A DNA stretch of 64,000 nucleotides from a virus, in IMG/VR virus record IMGVR_UViG_3300042898_004347, positions 1 to 64,000 of that record. One strand, given 5' to 3'. Position 1 is the first letter of the stretch; the number at the start of each line of letters is the position of its first letter. A program made the translations under genes and the position numbers. A model generated the notes under the pieces. The model had not been told where the DNA came from. It was given only the letters and a program-made list of their open reading frames with translations, and made no database searches. Positions 52,576 through 60,596 of this stretch are shown one piece after another.

Positions 52576-52860
52576 TTAATCCCTTCTTGCATCCGTTTTA
52601 CCATCACTGCGTGCTAGACGTTCAAGGTCGACACGTAATCCGAACCGTGATGAGATGAGTGCATCAATCCGAACAAGATCATTGTTCATTGTACGCACAC
52701 GGTTGTTCAACATTCCAGCAAGACCATTCAAAGATTTTACATCGTCAACAACTCCTGCAAGAATATACTTGAGGAGAATGACAATGAAGACTCCACCAGC
52801 AATAACTGCGGCAACTGAGAATCCAAGGTCTGCAAATGATCTAAGTGTTTCGAAACTCAT
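52576..52860 (-). CDS. Small single-TM coiled-coil protein
   Basis: DLGFS...TM...LNNRVRTMNNDLVRI. Confidence 0.7.
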   Translation of the reverse strand: MSFETLRSFADLGFSVAAVIAGGVFIVILLKYILAGVVDDVKSLNGLAGMLNNRVRTMNNDLVRIDALISSRFGLRVDLERLARSDGKTDARRD

Positions 52861-53123
52861 TAGCCGTTTACAATGCTATCGATCTGAGCTTCGAATTCCT
52901 CAACCTTTTTAATTCGATTCGGCCATTTAATGTATTCCTTCTCAGGATTCTTTTTGAGATTCTGAAGGAGTGGACGAATTGCCTGATATAAACGGTTTAG
53001 TTTATCTTCATGGTGAGCCGCAGCCCTCTCGGCTACGTCTACCTGTTTTGTAACGTCAAGTTCGTCTTCGTCAACGACAGTAAAACCGAAATCGAAGATT
53101 GGTGTAGAATTATTTGTGGCCAT
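52860..53123 (-). CDS. Conserved phage hypothetical protein
   Basis: FDFGFT.VDEDEL...PLL.NLKKNPEKEYI.WPNR; start ATG 53123. Confidence 0.7.
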   Translation of the reverse strand: MATNNSTPIFDFGFTVVDEDELDVTKQVDVAERAAAHHEDKLNRLYQAIRPLLQNLKKNPEKEYIKWPNRIKKVEEFEAQIDSIVNG

Positions 53124-53277
53124 ATTCAAAAGCAAGAATAATGATAGATGCGATAGTGGATCCCAGAAATATACCGGTTACTAAGCACCAGAACATATTA
53201 CAGTTGGTCCATATACGACCTTGCAATGAAGTAATCGCATACTTCTCAGCTAGACATGTTGATTCCGACTGTTTCAT
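53110..53277 (-). CDS. Small membrane protein (55 aa, below ORF-track cutoff)
   Basis: MKQSESTCLAEKYAITSLQGRIWTNCNMFWCLVTGIFLGSTIASIIILAFEYGHK; first ORF after the late promoter. Confidence 0.5.
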   Translation of the reverse strand: MKQSESTCLAEKYAITSLQGRIWTNCNMFWCLVTGIFLGSTIASIIILAFEYGHK

Positions 53278-53333
53278 AGGATGTAAATAAAAAATGCCGC
53301 CTCATCATAAGATAAAGCAGCATTCAGTATAGC

Positions 53334-53341
53334 TATTTATA
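53334..53341 (-). promoter_or_regulatory. T4-type late promoter heading the curli/cyclase operon
   Basis: Exact TATAAATA in intergenic DNA. Confidence 0.75.
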
Positions 53342-53417
53342 TAAAACTAGATATGGTAATCCTAGGAGTAACTGTCTATCCCTGACCCAAATAGTCTTTG
53401 TTGGTCTGCAGAGATAG

Positions 53418-53447
53418 ATTATACCGCTCCGCAGCCTAAAAGTACAT
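53418..53447 (-). promoter_or_regulatory. Sigma70-type promoter ATGTAC-18-TATAAT upstream of the curli/cyclase operon
   Basis: Consensus -10 and variant of the phage early -35. Confidence 0.55.
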
Positions 53448-53450
53448 CCT

Positions 53451-54035
53451 TTATTTGGTCTTAATGAAAGTACCAGCTTCTACTGGTTTGAATATGTTTT
53501 TGATACCGCGGGTTTGAATGGCACGGAAAACGAAATATGGCCACCAAATGATCTTCGGGACCTTGACGACCTTAATGTTAGAGTCCGTAATGTTTGGCAT
53601 TTCTGCATCCCATAGTTTGAGAACGAGCGGTTTACCGCTTACTGATTTAGTAAGACCGATTTTACCGTTACGAGTTGGTTTACGGCCGATGTACCAATAG
53701 TTGTCGTATTGGCCAAATTCCATATCACAGTCGGAACCTGATGTAATAAACGACACGGCGTTAATGAAGTAACCATCGACTGAACCCTTGATGGTGATGC
53801 CATTCTTATGTGGAGCCAGGATGGTATTTTGGAATGTGTAATTTGAACCTCTTACCGCGTCGATACAGTCTTCCTTGCCCCCTTCAATGGTGCAACCATC
53901 GACGGTAATGTTAGTGCAGTTAGAGAACTTAAGAACGTCGGAGGTTTGAGTCCAGTCAGCCGGCGCAATAACGCGGTCTGAAATTACTGTTCCATCTTCG
54001 CCCGCGTGGGATTCTAGATTTTTATCGGTTGCCAT
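53451..54035 (-). CDS. Short right-handed beta-helix protein
   Basis: DVLKFSNCTNITVDGCTI.GGKEDCIDAVRGSN parallel beta-helix pattern. Confidence 0.6.
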   Translation of the reverse strand: MATDKNLESHAGEDGTVISDRVIAPADWTQTSDVLKFSNCTNITVDGCTIEGGKEDCIDAVRGSNYTFQNTILAPHKNGITIKGSVDGYFINAVSFITSGSDCDMEFGQYDNYWYIGRKPTRNGKIGLTKSVSGKPLVLKLWDAEMPNITDSNIKVVKVPKIIWWPYFVFRAIQTRGIKNIFKPVEAGTFIKTK

Positions 54036-54043
54036 AGTGCACC

Positions 54044-54071
54044 TATTTATAATTTCCCAGTATTATAAATA
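54044..54071. promoter_or_regulatory. Back-to-back divergent late promoters
   Basis: TATAAATA on - at 54044-54051 and on + at 54064-54071. Confidence 0.8.
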
Positions 54072-54076
54072 GCCAT

Positions 54077-55036
54077 ATGCGTTTTGTAATTATATTCTGT
54101 ATGTCACTGATTTTGACTGGATGCAGCATGATGGGTGGCTTTAAACTCCCAAATCTTAACTCTAATAAGACAGGAGATAGCGCTGGAACCGTAGCCGCAG
54201 CAACCGCAACATCAGCCGCTGTGGATCGTATGGCAGAAATTAACAGGCGGAATGAAGAGACTCGGGCGGCAATGGAACTGGAATATGCCAAGTTTCGTGA
54301 ACAGCTCGCGGCTGCATATAACAATCGAGAGAAGCTCGATAACGATAACTTCGATCGGATCTCCGAGATTAATTATGGTATTTTTAAAGCCACTGAAGAA
54401 CTTGTAAGTGTGGACACTCGCGTCCTCATTGCAAATCTAAAGTCCAAGGAGAATATGGCTCGCCTTATGCCAATCACAGAGGCAATGAAGAAGACGATTA
54501 TTGCTGAAATTGAAGCGGACCGTAAGAAGCTAGAAGCAGACATTACAAAGAAATACGAAGCACGAGTCAAGGAAGGCGAAGCGGCTGCAGCTGCGTTTGA
54601 AGCTGCAGACAAACTCGTCAAAGAGAAAGAAGCGGAAAAGATTAAACTCCGAGACCAGCAGACTGAACTTCTAGCTAAGCTCAAGGCGAGTCAGGATGCT
54701 GAGCGAGCAAAGCTTCAGAAGGAAGCAGCAGATGCTGTGGCAGTTGCCAAAGAGAAGCAACGCCTCGAGATGGTTGGCTGGATTGTCAAAGCCTTATTAG
54801 GTGTGGGCATAGTAATCCTTGTGATCGGCTTTCTGATGAAGTCTCCCACATTTATCGTATCGGGAATTGCAATGCTAGGACTCGCCTACGTTGCAGCAAC
54901 CATTCCATTCTGGGTCGTGGCAAGTATCATGGGTGTCTTTGTAATCGTGATGGTAATGATGGATCCAAAGACGGGCAAGATCTCAATGCTTGGTAAAAAG
55001 AAAGAGGAGCCAGTAACGGCTCCTCCGAGTGCTTAA
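54077..55036 (+). CDS. Lipoprotein with long coiled coil and C-terminal TM helices (spanin-like)
   Basis: Lipobox LTGC; about 190 aa coiled coil; 2-3 hydrophobic helices at C-terminus; late promoter. Confidence 0.6.
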   Translation: MRFVIIFCMSLILTGCSMMGGFKLPNLNSNKTGDSAGTVAAATATSAAVDRMAEINRRNEETRAAMELEYAKFREQLAAAYNNREKLDNDNFDRISEINYGIFKATEELVSVDTRVLIANLKSKENMARLMPITEAMKKTIIAEIEADRKKLEADITKKYEARVKEGEAAAAAFEAADKLVKEKEAEKIKLRDQQTELLAKLKASQDAERAKLQKEAADAVAVAKEKQRLEMVGWIVKALLGVGIVILVIGFLMKSPTFIVSGIAMLGLAYVAATIPFWVVASIMGVFVIVMVMMDPKTGKISMLGKKKEEPVTAPPSA

Positions 55037-55055
55037 TTTATTACCTTTTGGGTAA

Positions 55056-55535
55056 TTATTTGTTGTCGACTAGTGCGGCAACAATCTTCTCTGCATTCTC
55101 CTGGATAGATGGATAGTGAAGAGTATTAAACGAGTCACCGTGTTTTGCAATGAATTTATCCCAATCTTTCTTTTCTTCGGGAGTAAGAGCAATTTTGGTA
55201 GGACGAGCCGCTGATGCCTCGCGAATAATTTTAATAAGTTTTTCTTCCATAAGACGAGCGGCAGCAGTAATTGCAGACTTTTCTGGATGAATTTGCTGAC
55301 GAATAGAAGTGCATCCTTCTTTAATATGAATGAGCCAAAAGCCTTCGCGCAGACCATCGTAGCTGTAAGGATCGTTTGCAGGAATGAACTTCTTGCCCAC
55401 CTTGCGGTAAAGGCGCTGATCTTCTTTGTTGGCTGCGCTTGCGGTTACAGGGTCAATCTGGAACTTATAGTTAAGCTGGAAACGAAGACGCTCGCATTCG
55501 TTCTTGTAATGTTCTAAATCTTTATTCTTTTTCAT
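55056..55535 (-). CDS. Hypothetical protein
   Basis: LYRKVGKKFIP motif; start ATG 55535. Confidence 0.6.
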   Translation of the reverse strand: MKKNKDLEHYKNECERLRFQLNYKFQIDPVTASAANKEDQRLYRKVGKKFIPANDPYSYDGLREGFWLIHIKEGCTSIRQQIHPEKSAITAAARLMEEKLIKIIREASAARPTKIALTPEEKKDWDKFIAKHGDSFNTLHYPSIQENAEKIVAALVDNK

Positions 55536-55539
55536 TTTA

Positions 55540-55749
55540 TTAAGTAAACATTGGCATTTTCGAGCGGTCATAATCACTCGGACCCTTAATGTAAGGTTCG
55601 TGCAGAGGGGTTATAATAGGCGTACTGTATGTAATTACAGATATCTTACCGAGTTCTTCTCTTAAAATATCAGTTTCCTTCGTGCAAAGGTAATCTTTGC
55701 CAGCAATAAAACCTCGAAGCCAATAGATGAATTGTTCTTGCGACATCAT
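55540..55749 (-). CDS. Hypothetical protein
   Basis: EQFIYWLRGF motif common in small phage ORFs. Confidence 0.6.
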   Translation of the reverse strand: MMSQEQFIYWLRGFIAGKDYLCTKETDILREELGKISVITYSTPIITPLHEPYIKGPSDYDRSKMPMFT

Positions 55750-55970
55750 TTTAAGTTACCTCCGTAATAGTCGAACACCTCTTCCATGGCATTCAAAGAT
55801 ACAATAAGCTCGGCCAATTCACGTTTTCGATAATCCTCAAGTTTCTTTGTTTTCTTAAGGACTGTAATGTCTTTGCGAAGGTATTCGATGGTTTGTTTTA
55901 AGGAAGCGCGAACAATACCGTCGGCTGTTTCTGGGTCAATTTCTACATTCATGTTGTTATTCTTTTTCAT
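55746..55970 (-). CDS. Hypothetical protein
   Basis: VEIDPETADGIV..SL...YYG; start 55970. Confidence 0.6.
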   Translation of the reverse strand: MKKNNNMNVEIDPETADGIVRASLKQTIEYLRKDITVLKKTKKLEDYRKRELAELIVSLNAMEEVFDYYGGNLK

Positions 55971-55971
55971 A

Positions 55972-56247
55972 TTAATTCCAAATTCTATGTGTTTCAGCGA
56001 CCCATTCGACGCCGTCATACTCTTCAATCTGCCATTGAACATCATCGGGAATCTTTACAACTTTAAGTTTTGCAAAACCCCCGTTAGCAGTTTCCCCTAT
56101 TTGCTCCACGATTTCTACTAGAATAGGATCGTTGCGCTTAATGTCATCTTCATTGGTAATAATCGCACCAGTGCGTTCGTTAAAAAGAGCAAGAGCAGTC
56201 TTAGAAAGACCAAAGCCACCATGGCAGGTATTAATTACAATTTTCAT
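55972..56247 (-). CDS. Conserved phage hypothetical protein
   Basis: MKIVIN.CHGGFGLS, R.DP.LV..VE, W.IEEYDG.EWV.E.HR.W. Confidence 0.75.
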   Translation of the reverse strand: MKIVINTCHGGFGLSKTALALFNERTGAIITNEDDIKRNDPILVEIVEQIGETANGGFAKLKVVKIPDDVQWQIEEYDGVEWVAETHRIWN

Positions 56248-56564
56248 TTTTTATTGGATACAGCTGATTTTATCGCGAGTGCAGCCGCGCACGGAAACTG
56301 TTCGCCTTTCTTAAAACTAAGTTTGTTAAGTTTAAATGGTTTCAGAACTCTATCTCCGTTCCAGTATGTAGGCTCGATAAAGATATAACCCAGCTCACAA
56401 AGTTTATTGCGCAACTTTGTAAATTCTGGATGATCCTTGCAGGCATACGAGTCACCTTGAACGATAATTTTACCAACCAGATCGCTCAGAACCAGGTACT
56501 TGTCATCGGGTACCGAACTCAGGTATTCTTTTTTGAGTCTAAATTGTTTAATTGGTTTCTTCAT
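56244..56564 (-). CDS. Hypothetical protein
   Basis: DHPEF..LR, WNGDRVLKPF; start 56564. Confidence 0.6.
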   Translation of the reverse strand: MKKPIKQFRLKKEYLSSVPDDKYLVLSDLVGKIIVQGDSYACKDHPEFTKLRNKLCELGYIFIEPTYWNGDRVLKPFKLNKLSFKKGEQFPCAAALAIKSAVSNKK

Positions 56565-57144
56565 TTTTAGGAATCTCCGAGTAAGGAACGTAGTTGCGGT
56601 CTGCCAAAGCCGTCTTGGCATGTTCTTTGCTCACAGTCTTTAACCATCCCATTCGAGTACCGCCTGTTGCGTGTAGCTCGCCGGGTTGACCAGTTTCTTC
56701 GCAGGTTCTACCAGAAGCAGTCTCGGCAAAGTGAATAATACCATTAATGTAATCCGAATAGCGATCGATAATCCTTTGAAGATCAGGATACTTTCCCGTC
56801 TCAATAAGAGACATGATTTCTTCATTATAATCTTCACGGTAATAAAACCGAAGTGTACCGTACTTTTCCTTGACCTGAGTGGCGATCACCTGTGGCGGCT
56901 CTACACAAAAGTAATAGCTGTCTGCGTATGGTTTAACACCAAGACGTTTACCATCTTCTTCATCTACCTGTACGCCTGTACTATAAGTGTAGGTAAGAGC
57001 TTGACAGAGGGTATCAATAAGATCGTACCAACCATCACCAACTTCAAGACCCCAGAACATACACGACTCGGTCTTTGGCTTGGTACGATCGGCGAAAATC
57101 TTTGGATACTTCTCAAATAGTTTTTGTTGTAGTTCTGTTTTCAT
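56548..57144 (-). CDS. Conserved phage hypothetical protein
   Basis: GDGWYDLI, QVKEKYGTLRFY, CE.TG.PG. Confidence 0.75.
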   Translation of the reverse strand: MKTELQQKLFEKYPKIFADRTKPKTESCMFWGLEVGDGWYDLIDTLCQALTYTYSTGVQVDEEDGKRLGVKPYADSYYFCVEPPQVIATQVKEKYGTLRFYYREDYNEEIMSLIETGKYPDLQRIIDRYSDYINGIIHFAETASGRTCEETGQPGELHATGGTRMGWLKTVSKEHAKTALADRNYVPYSEIPKNEETN

Positions 57145-57341
57145 TGGAATAATGTGGTGGTATTTAAAAATTTAGCAAGAGGTTTAATCCAAAATGGAAG
57201 AGCCAGTATAAAAAGCCAGATCATTTGAATAACGATAATATCTGTAAACCTATAGATGAATCCGTTATAGAGACCTACACAAAGGTACCCGAACGTAACC
57301 CAAACGGCGTAATGGACTAAAGAGCGTTGAAATAGTTTCAT
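57141..57341 (-). CDS. Small membrane protein
   Basis: Two hydrophobic segments; ATGA overlap. Confidence 0.55.
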   Translation of the reverse strand: MKLFQRSLVHYAVWVTFGYLCVGLYNGFIYRFTDIIVIQMIWLFILALPFWIKPLAKFLNTTTLFQ

Positions 57342-57343
57342 AA

Positions 57344-57556
57344 CTATTCCTCGACCTGATGAAGAGCATTTCCTGCTTCAGTGCGAATATATTGTGCTAG
57401 TTGTTCTACAGTTTTATAATCGCTGGTACCATGCTTCAATATATTGCGACACAAGGAATCAATTTCATACAATGACGCCCAAGCTTGATTGCAATGAACG
57501 GCTCGCATATGCTCATAGTTATCTTCGGGTAGGTTGAATTCCAGTATTGCTTTCAT
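57344..57556 (-). CDS. Hypothetical protein
   Basis: MKAILEFNLPED start at 57556. Confidence 0.65.
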   Translation of the reverse strand: MKAILEFNLPEDNYEHMRAVHCNQAWASLYEIDSLCRNILKHGTSDYKTVEQLAQYIRTEAGNALHQVEE

Positions 57557-57560
57557 AGGG

Positions 57561-57827
57561 TTATTCCAGTTCAACCATCCATTTTGAATCATTGTAAATG
57601 TAGTCCCATACGATGGTATCTTCTGGTTCTTTACCCAAGAATCCCATAGACTCAATGAAACCATCAACAAGTTTATCTTGCTCTGCGAGATGAGCAAAAA
57701 TTATCTTGCGAATCTTTGCGATTTCCTTCTGCTGCTTTTTAGTGAATTTGACTTTTAGTTTATGGTCCATTGCTGAAACGGAATACATTTGGTCGATTGC
57801 TTTTTGCTGGTTTTTAGTGGTTTTCAT
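57561..57827 (-). CDS. Hypothetical early protein
   Basis: 88-aa ORF directly behind early promoter. Confidence 0.6.
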   Translation of the reverse strand: MKTTKNQQKAIDQMYSVSAMDHKLKVKFTKKQQKEIAKIRKIIFAHLAEQDKLVDGFIESMGFLGKEPEDTIVWDYIYNDSKWMVELE

Positions 57828-57833
57828 AATACA

Positions 57834-57862
57834 ATCCTATACTGAAAGTGCTGAAAGTAAAC
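57834..57862 (-). promoter_or_regulatory. Early promoter GTTTAC-17-TAGGAT (leaderless)
   Basis: 6 nt between -10 and ATG. Confidence 0.75.
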
Positions 57863-57869
57863 AACAAAA

Positions 57870-58286
57870 TTATTCTTTCGGTGCATCAAATACCATTCCT
57901 CTAGCTTCTTTGATGATTTGATTCATTCTTTGACCGTCTAATGCGCGGCAAGAACCAATATAATTTGGACGAAACCTGTTGCCAGAGTCGCTTTCTTCTG
58001 TGATCTCAAGCAAATCAATAAACTCTTTCCAGAGTTTCTCCGCTTTCTCGGCGCGGGCGTTGGCTTCGTTGCATCGTGGTTCTTGTCTTTCAATGATGTC
58101 GTATCGGTGCGCCATAACAAATTCACAATCGGCAATTCGTTTCTTTGCGGCGGCGAGTTCAGCCTCGGCTTTCTGGGCGCGGGCAATTAAATCAATCTCG
58201 GCCATCCCTTGTTTGAAAGAATGAGGAATCTCATCGTCCGTAATTGTGTAATCGGTGTTTGTTGCCGTCAGTGGTGTGGTGCTCAT
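57870..58286 (-). CDS. Hypothetical coiled-coil protein
   Basis: RAQKAEAELAAA / RAEKAE repeats. Confidence 0.6.
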   Translation of the reverse strand: MSTTPLTATNTDYTITDDEIPHSFKQGMAEIDLIARAQKAEAELAAAKKRIADCEFVMAHRYDIIERQEPRCNEANARAEKAEKLWKEFIDLLEITEESDSGNRFRPNYIGSCRALDGQRMNQIIKEARGMVFDAPKE

Positions 58287-58287
58287 T

Positions 58288-58488
58288 TTAGTTAGGATTG
58301 TTTTTAGAGAATTCCATAGTGTCTTTATTCACCCGAGTAATTTCGTCGGCAATGAACTGTTCGAAGGCTTGGGGGTCGGTGATTTGCACACCTGGAATGG
58401 ACCAGCCATAGGTCATAGCCTTGAGGACGCCTTCCATGGCACCAGATTTGTAAGCGTAGTTGACTGAGTAATTAGTAGTGTTATTCAT
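58288..58488 (-). CDS. Hypothetical early protein
   Basis: Start ATG 58488 behind early promoter. Confidence 0.55.
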   Translation of the reverse strand: MNNTTNYSVNYAYKSGAMEGVLKAMTYGWSIPGVQITDPQAFEQFIADEITRVNKDTMEFSKNNPN

Positions 58489-58497
58489 TATGATACA

Positions 58498-58553
58498 ATC
58501 ATACCAAAAACACCTAGAAAGTAAATCACAAAGATACGCTCTAAGTGACTGAC
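58498..58553 (-). promoter_or_regulatory. Early promoter ATTTAC-17-TATGAT with conserved upstream box
   Basis: Third copy of repeated promoter. Confidence 0.8.
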
Positions 58554-58562
58554 CTTCAACGC

Positions 58563-59654
58563 TCACTCATAATTTCTGATAGAAGTAACGTACGGAAACC
58601 GCGGAACGCCGTCCGGAGTGAGATGAAAGTACTGCACCGTGGCTTTTTCGCCCATAAGTTTAAACTTATGGGTCAAGAGTTCTGTGAGAAAATCATGGCT
58701 CCCCTTAATGTTAGACTTAAATTGAGAACCATCATGATTTTTAAGAATGGCAAATCCTGCCATTCCTGTACGGTTACCCGAGCCTTCACAAATTTCAATG
58801 ATTTCGTATTCTGCATCCTGAAACTCTTTGCGCTTTAAAAGGGTCTTCGACCGCTTTTGCTCGTAGCATCCATCTGTACGTACCATCTGACCTTCGTATC
58901 CAGCAGCAAGAAAACCTTCGTACAATCGATCGAGTTGCTCGATTGATTCTACGCGTGCAGTCATGACAAGGCGAATCACCGTTGTTGTTGCAATACGGTT
59001 TTCAAGCCAATGCGACCGCTCAGGGAAGGCCTTTGATGTATCCACAATGTCGTAGATGTGATATTGAATCGTCTTCTCAGACTCTTCAAGATCTTTTGTG
59101 GATGGTTTGGTTTTCTTTACCAAAGAGGTGATCTTGTTAAAATCATTCGCAAGCTTATCGCAGTACAACTCTCCATCGAGAATTGCATCAGGATTCTCCT
59201 TGAAGAAATCCTGAAGCGCAACAGACACGTGAGGCACAGACTTAAACTGTTTGCCAGCACGACTAAAGAGACCTTTTGCAGTTGCGATACACCGAATGCC
59301 GTCTAGCTTTGGCTGAGTCCATACTGGCCATTCAATTTCATCCTTGCGGTCCTCATACTTCTGAGCAAGCATCGGTTCAATAAAGGCTGGACGATCGATG
59401 TCCTTGATGTTCTCGTAGTAACCAGCCTCCGACTTCTTTTTCCAGATGGCCTTTGCCTCGAACTCAGCCTGAGCGTTAATGTCACGTTGATTCGCTCTAC
59501 CGACATTGGTAGATTCGGCAACCATCCATTCCGTCGCGGTTTTCTTACCATCGATCTGACCGTATTCTGTACGGTACCGGCCACCATCAATTTCGATGGT
59601 CCAGGTCTGAGTAGCGCCCGTAGAGGTGCGGGAATAAAGTGTTGGAAGTTTCAT
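58563..59654 (-). CDS. ATP-dependent DNA ligase
   Basis: PMLA, QPKLDGIRC (motif I), LDGELY, YEGQMVR, LLKRKEF, PRFP; start ATG 59654. Confidence 0.93.
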   Translation of the reverse strand: MKLPTLYSRTSTGATQTWTIEIDGGRYRTEYGQIDGKKTATEWMVAESTNVGRANQRDINAQAEFEAKAIWKKKSEAGYYENIKDIDRPAFIEPMLAQKYEDRKDEIEWPVWTQPKLDGIRCIATAKGLFSRAGKQFKSVPHVSVALQDFFKENPDAILDGELYCDKLANDFNKITSLVKKTKPSTKDLEESEKTIQYHIYDIVDTSKAFPERSHWLENRIATTTVIRLVMTARVESIEQLDRLYEGFLAAGYEGQMVRTDGCYEQKRSKTLLKRKEFQDAEYEIIEICEGSGNRTGMAGFAILKNHDGSQFKSNIKGSHDFLTELLTHKFKLMGEKATVQYFHLTPDGVPRFPYVTSIRNYE

Positions 59655-59655
59655 A

Positions 59656-60015
59656 TTAAGCCGCGTAAGCGTTCTGTAATTTATAGGGAGCCTTGGTCGT
59701 TTCCTTGACCGAACCGTGCCACTCAACCTGTTGCTTCTCCTCGTGGGTCAGCTCGCCCACGGGAAGGAAGTACCAGTCAATGACGTACTCTTGCCACGAG
59801 TCATCGTTGCGGGTCACCGCGGTACGAAGCTCTTCCACAAAGGAATTGACCTTTGACCGATCCTGGACCTCGCCGAGGTCTAGAGCGATCGGATGGCGGT
59901 ACTCATAACCACCCTTGGCTTTCCAGTACTGAGGGCACTGGCCTTTGCCGTCCCAATCATGGGCTCCGTAGTTTTCGTGAACCTGAGTAGAAATAACGAT
60001 GTTGAACTTGATCAT
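59656..60015 (-). CDS. Conserved phage hypothetical early protein
   Basis: TQVHENYGAHDWDG.G.CPQYWK.KGG. Confidence 0.7.
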   Translation of the reverse strand: MIKFNIVISTQVHENYGAHDWDGKGQCPQYWKAKGGYEYRHPIALDLGEVQDRSKVNSFVEELRTAVTRNDDSWQEYVIDWYFLPVGELTHEEKQQVEWHGSVKETTKAPYKLQNAYAA

Positions 60016-60021
60016 GCATAT

Positions 60022-60076
60022 ATCCTACATCAATCCACTTAAAAGTAAATCACTAAGAATTACCTAAAACGTTGAT
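60022..60076 (-). promoter_or_regulatory. Early promoter ATTTAC-17-TAGGAT with conserved upstream box (leaderless)
   Basis: 6 nt between -10 and ATG 60015. Confidence 0.8.
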
Positions 60077-60107
60077 GGCCAACACCATTTAAGATATTGG
60101 CCATCAA
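60072..60107. repeat. 11-bp perfect inverted repeat
   Basis: TTGATGGCCAA-14 nt-TTGGCCATCAA; possible terminator or processing stem. Confidence 0.65.
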
Positions 60108-60127
60108 TGATTTAAAGAACTACAGGA

Positions 60128-60364
60128 TTATTCTGTAGATTCCGTCTGGTCACCTTCAACGAAGGCATACAGTTTCTTTGCAATCTTCAGAGCATCACGA
60201 ACTCGCTTATCCTCTGGGAGTTCGTATGGTCCTTTTTCATCTGGACGGGCAGACCGAATACGGTCAACCTCCTGATAGTAAGCGGACTCGGTTTGACCGA
60301 TTGCCATTTGAAGAACCTCGAGACGAATCTCGTAGGCGTTTTTGCCACTGTTGTTATTTGACAT
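60128..60364 (-). CDS. Conserved T4-like hypothetical protein
   Basis: KNAYEIRLEVLQMA...A.KLYAFV. Confidence 0.7.
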   Translation of the reverse strand: MSNNNSGKNAYEIRLEVLQMAIGQTESAYYQEVDRIRSARPDEKGPYELPEDKRVRDALKIAKKLYAFVEGDQTESTE

Positions 60365-60440
60365 GATGTTATCCTTTTCTTTGTGTCTGTGTGTGTTTGT
60401 GTGTAGATTCAGAGAGACAGACGTTCTCCCTGAAACAAAT

Positions 60441-60596
60441 TTAATTCCGGTCTTTCAATTTAGGCTTCTGTCTTCCATCAGCCGGTTCCGGATTTGCTTT
60501 GGGAAGTTTTTTAAAGATGTTATCCCAGGTCTTTTCAAACTCCTCGCGAGGTACCGAAAAGGGTCGCGTCTTTGATCCTTTGCCATTTGTGCTCAT
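60441..60596 (-). CDS. Small hypothetical protein (51 aa, below cutoff)
   Basis: MSTNGKGSKTRPFSVPREEFEKTWDNIFKK...; ATGA overlap with upstream stop. Confidence 0.6.
   Translation of the reverse strand: MSTNGKGSKTRPFSVPREEFEKTWDNIFKKLPKANPEPADGRQKPKLKDRN

Noticed and set aside
47034-53277. Curli/cyclase block as host contamination or prophage boundary
   Set aside because: Flanked by phage early and late promoters and phage-type small ORFs; no integrase or att site seen
46626-60076. Repeated ~55-bp sequences as a CRISPR array
   Set aside because: Dispersed, each precedes an ATG and contains -35/-10 boxes; no regular repeat-spacer spacing, no cas genes
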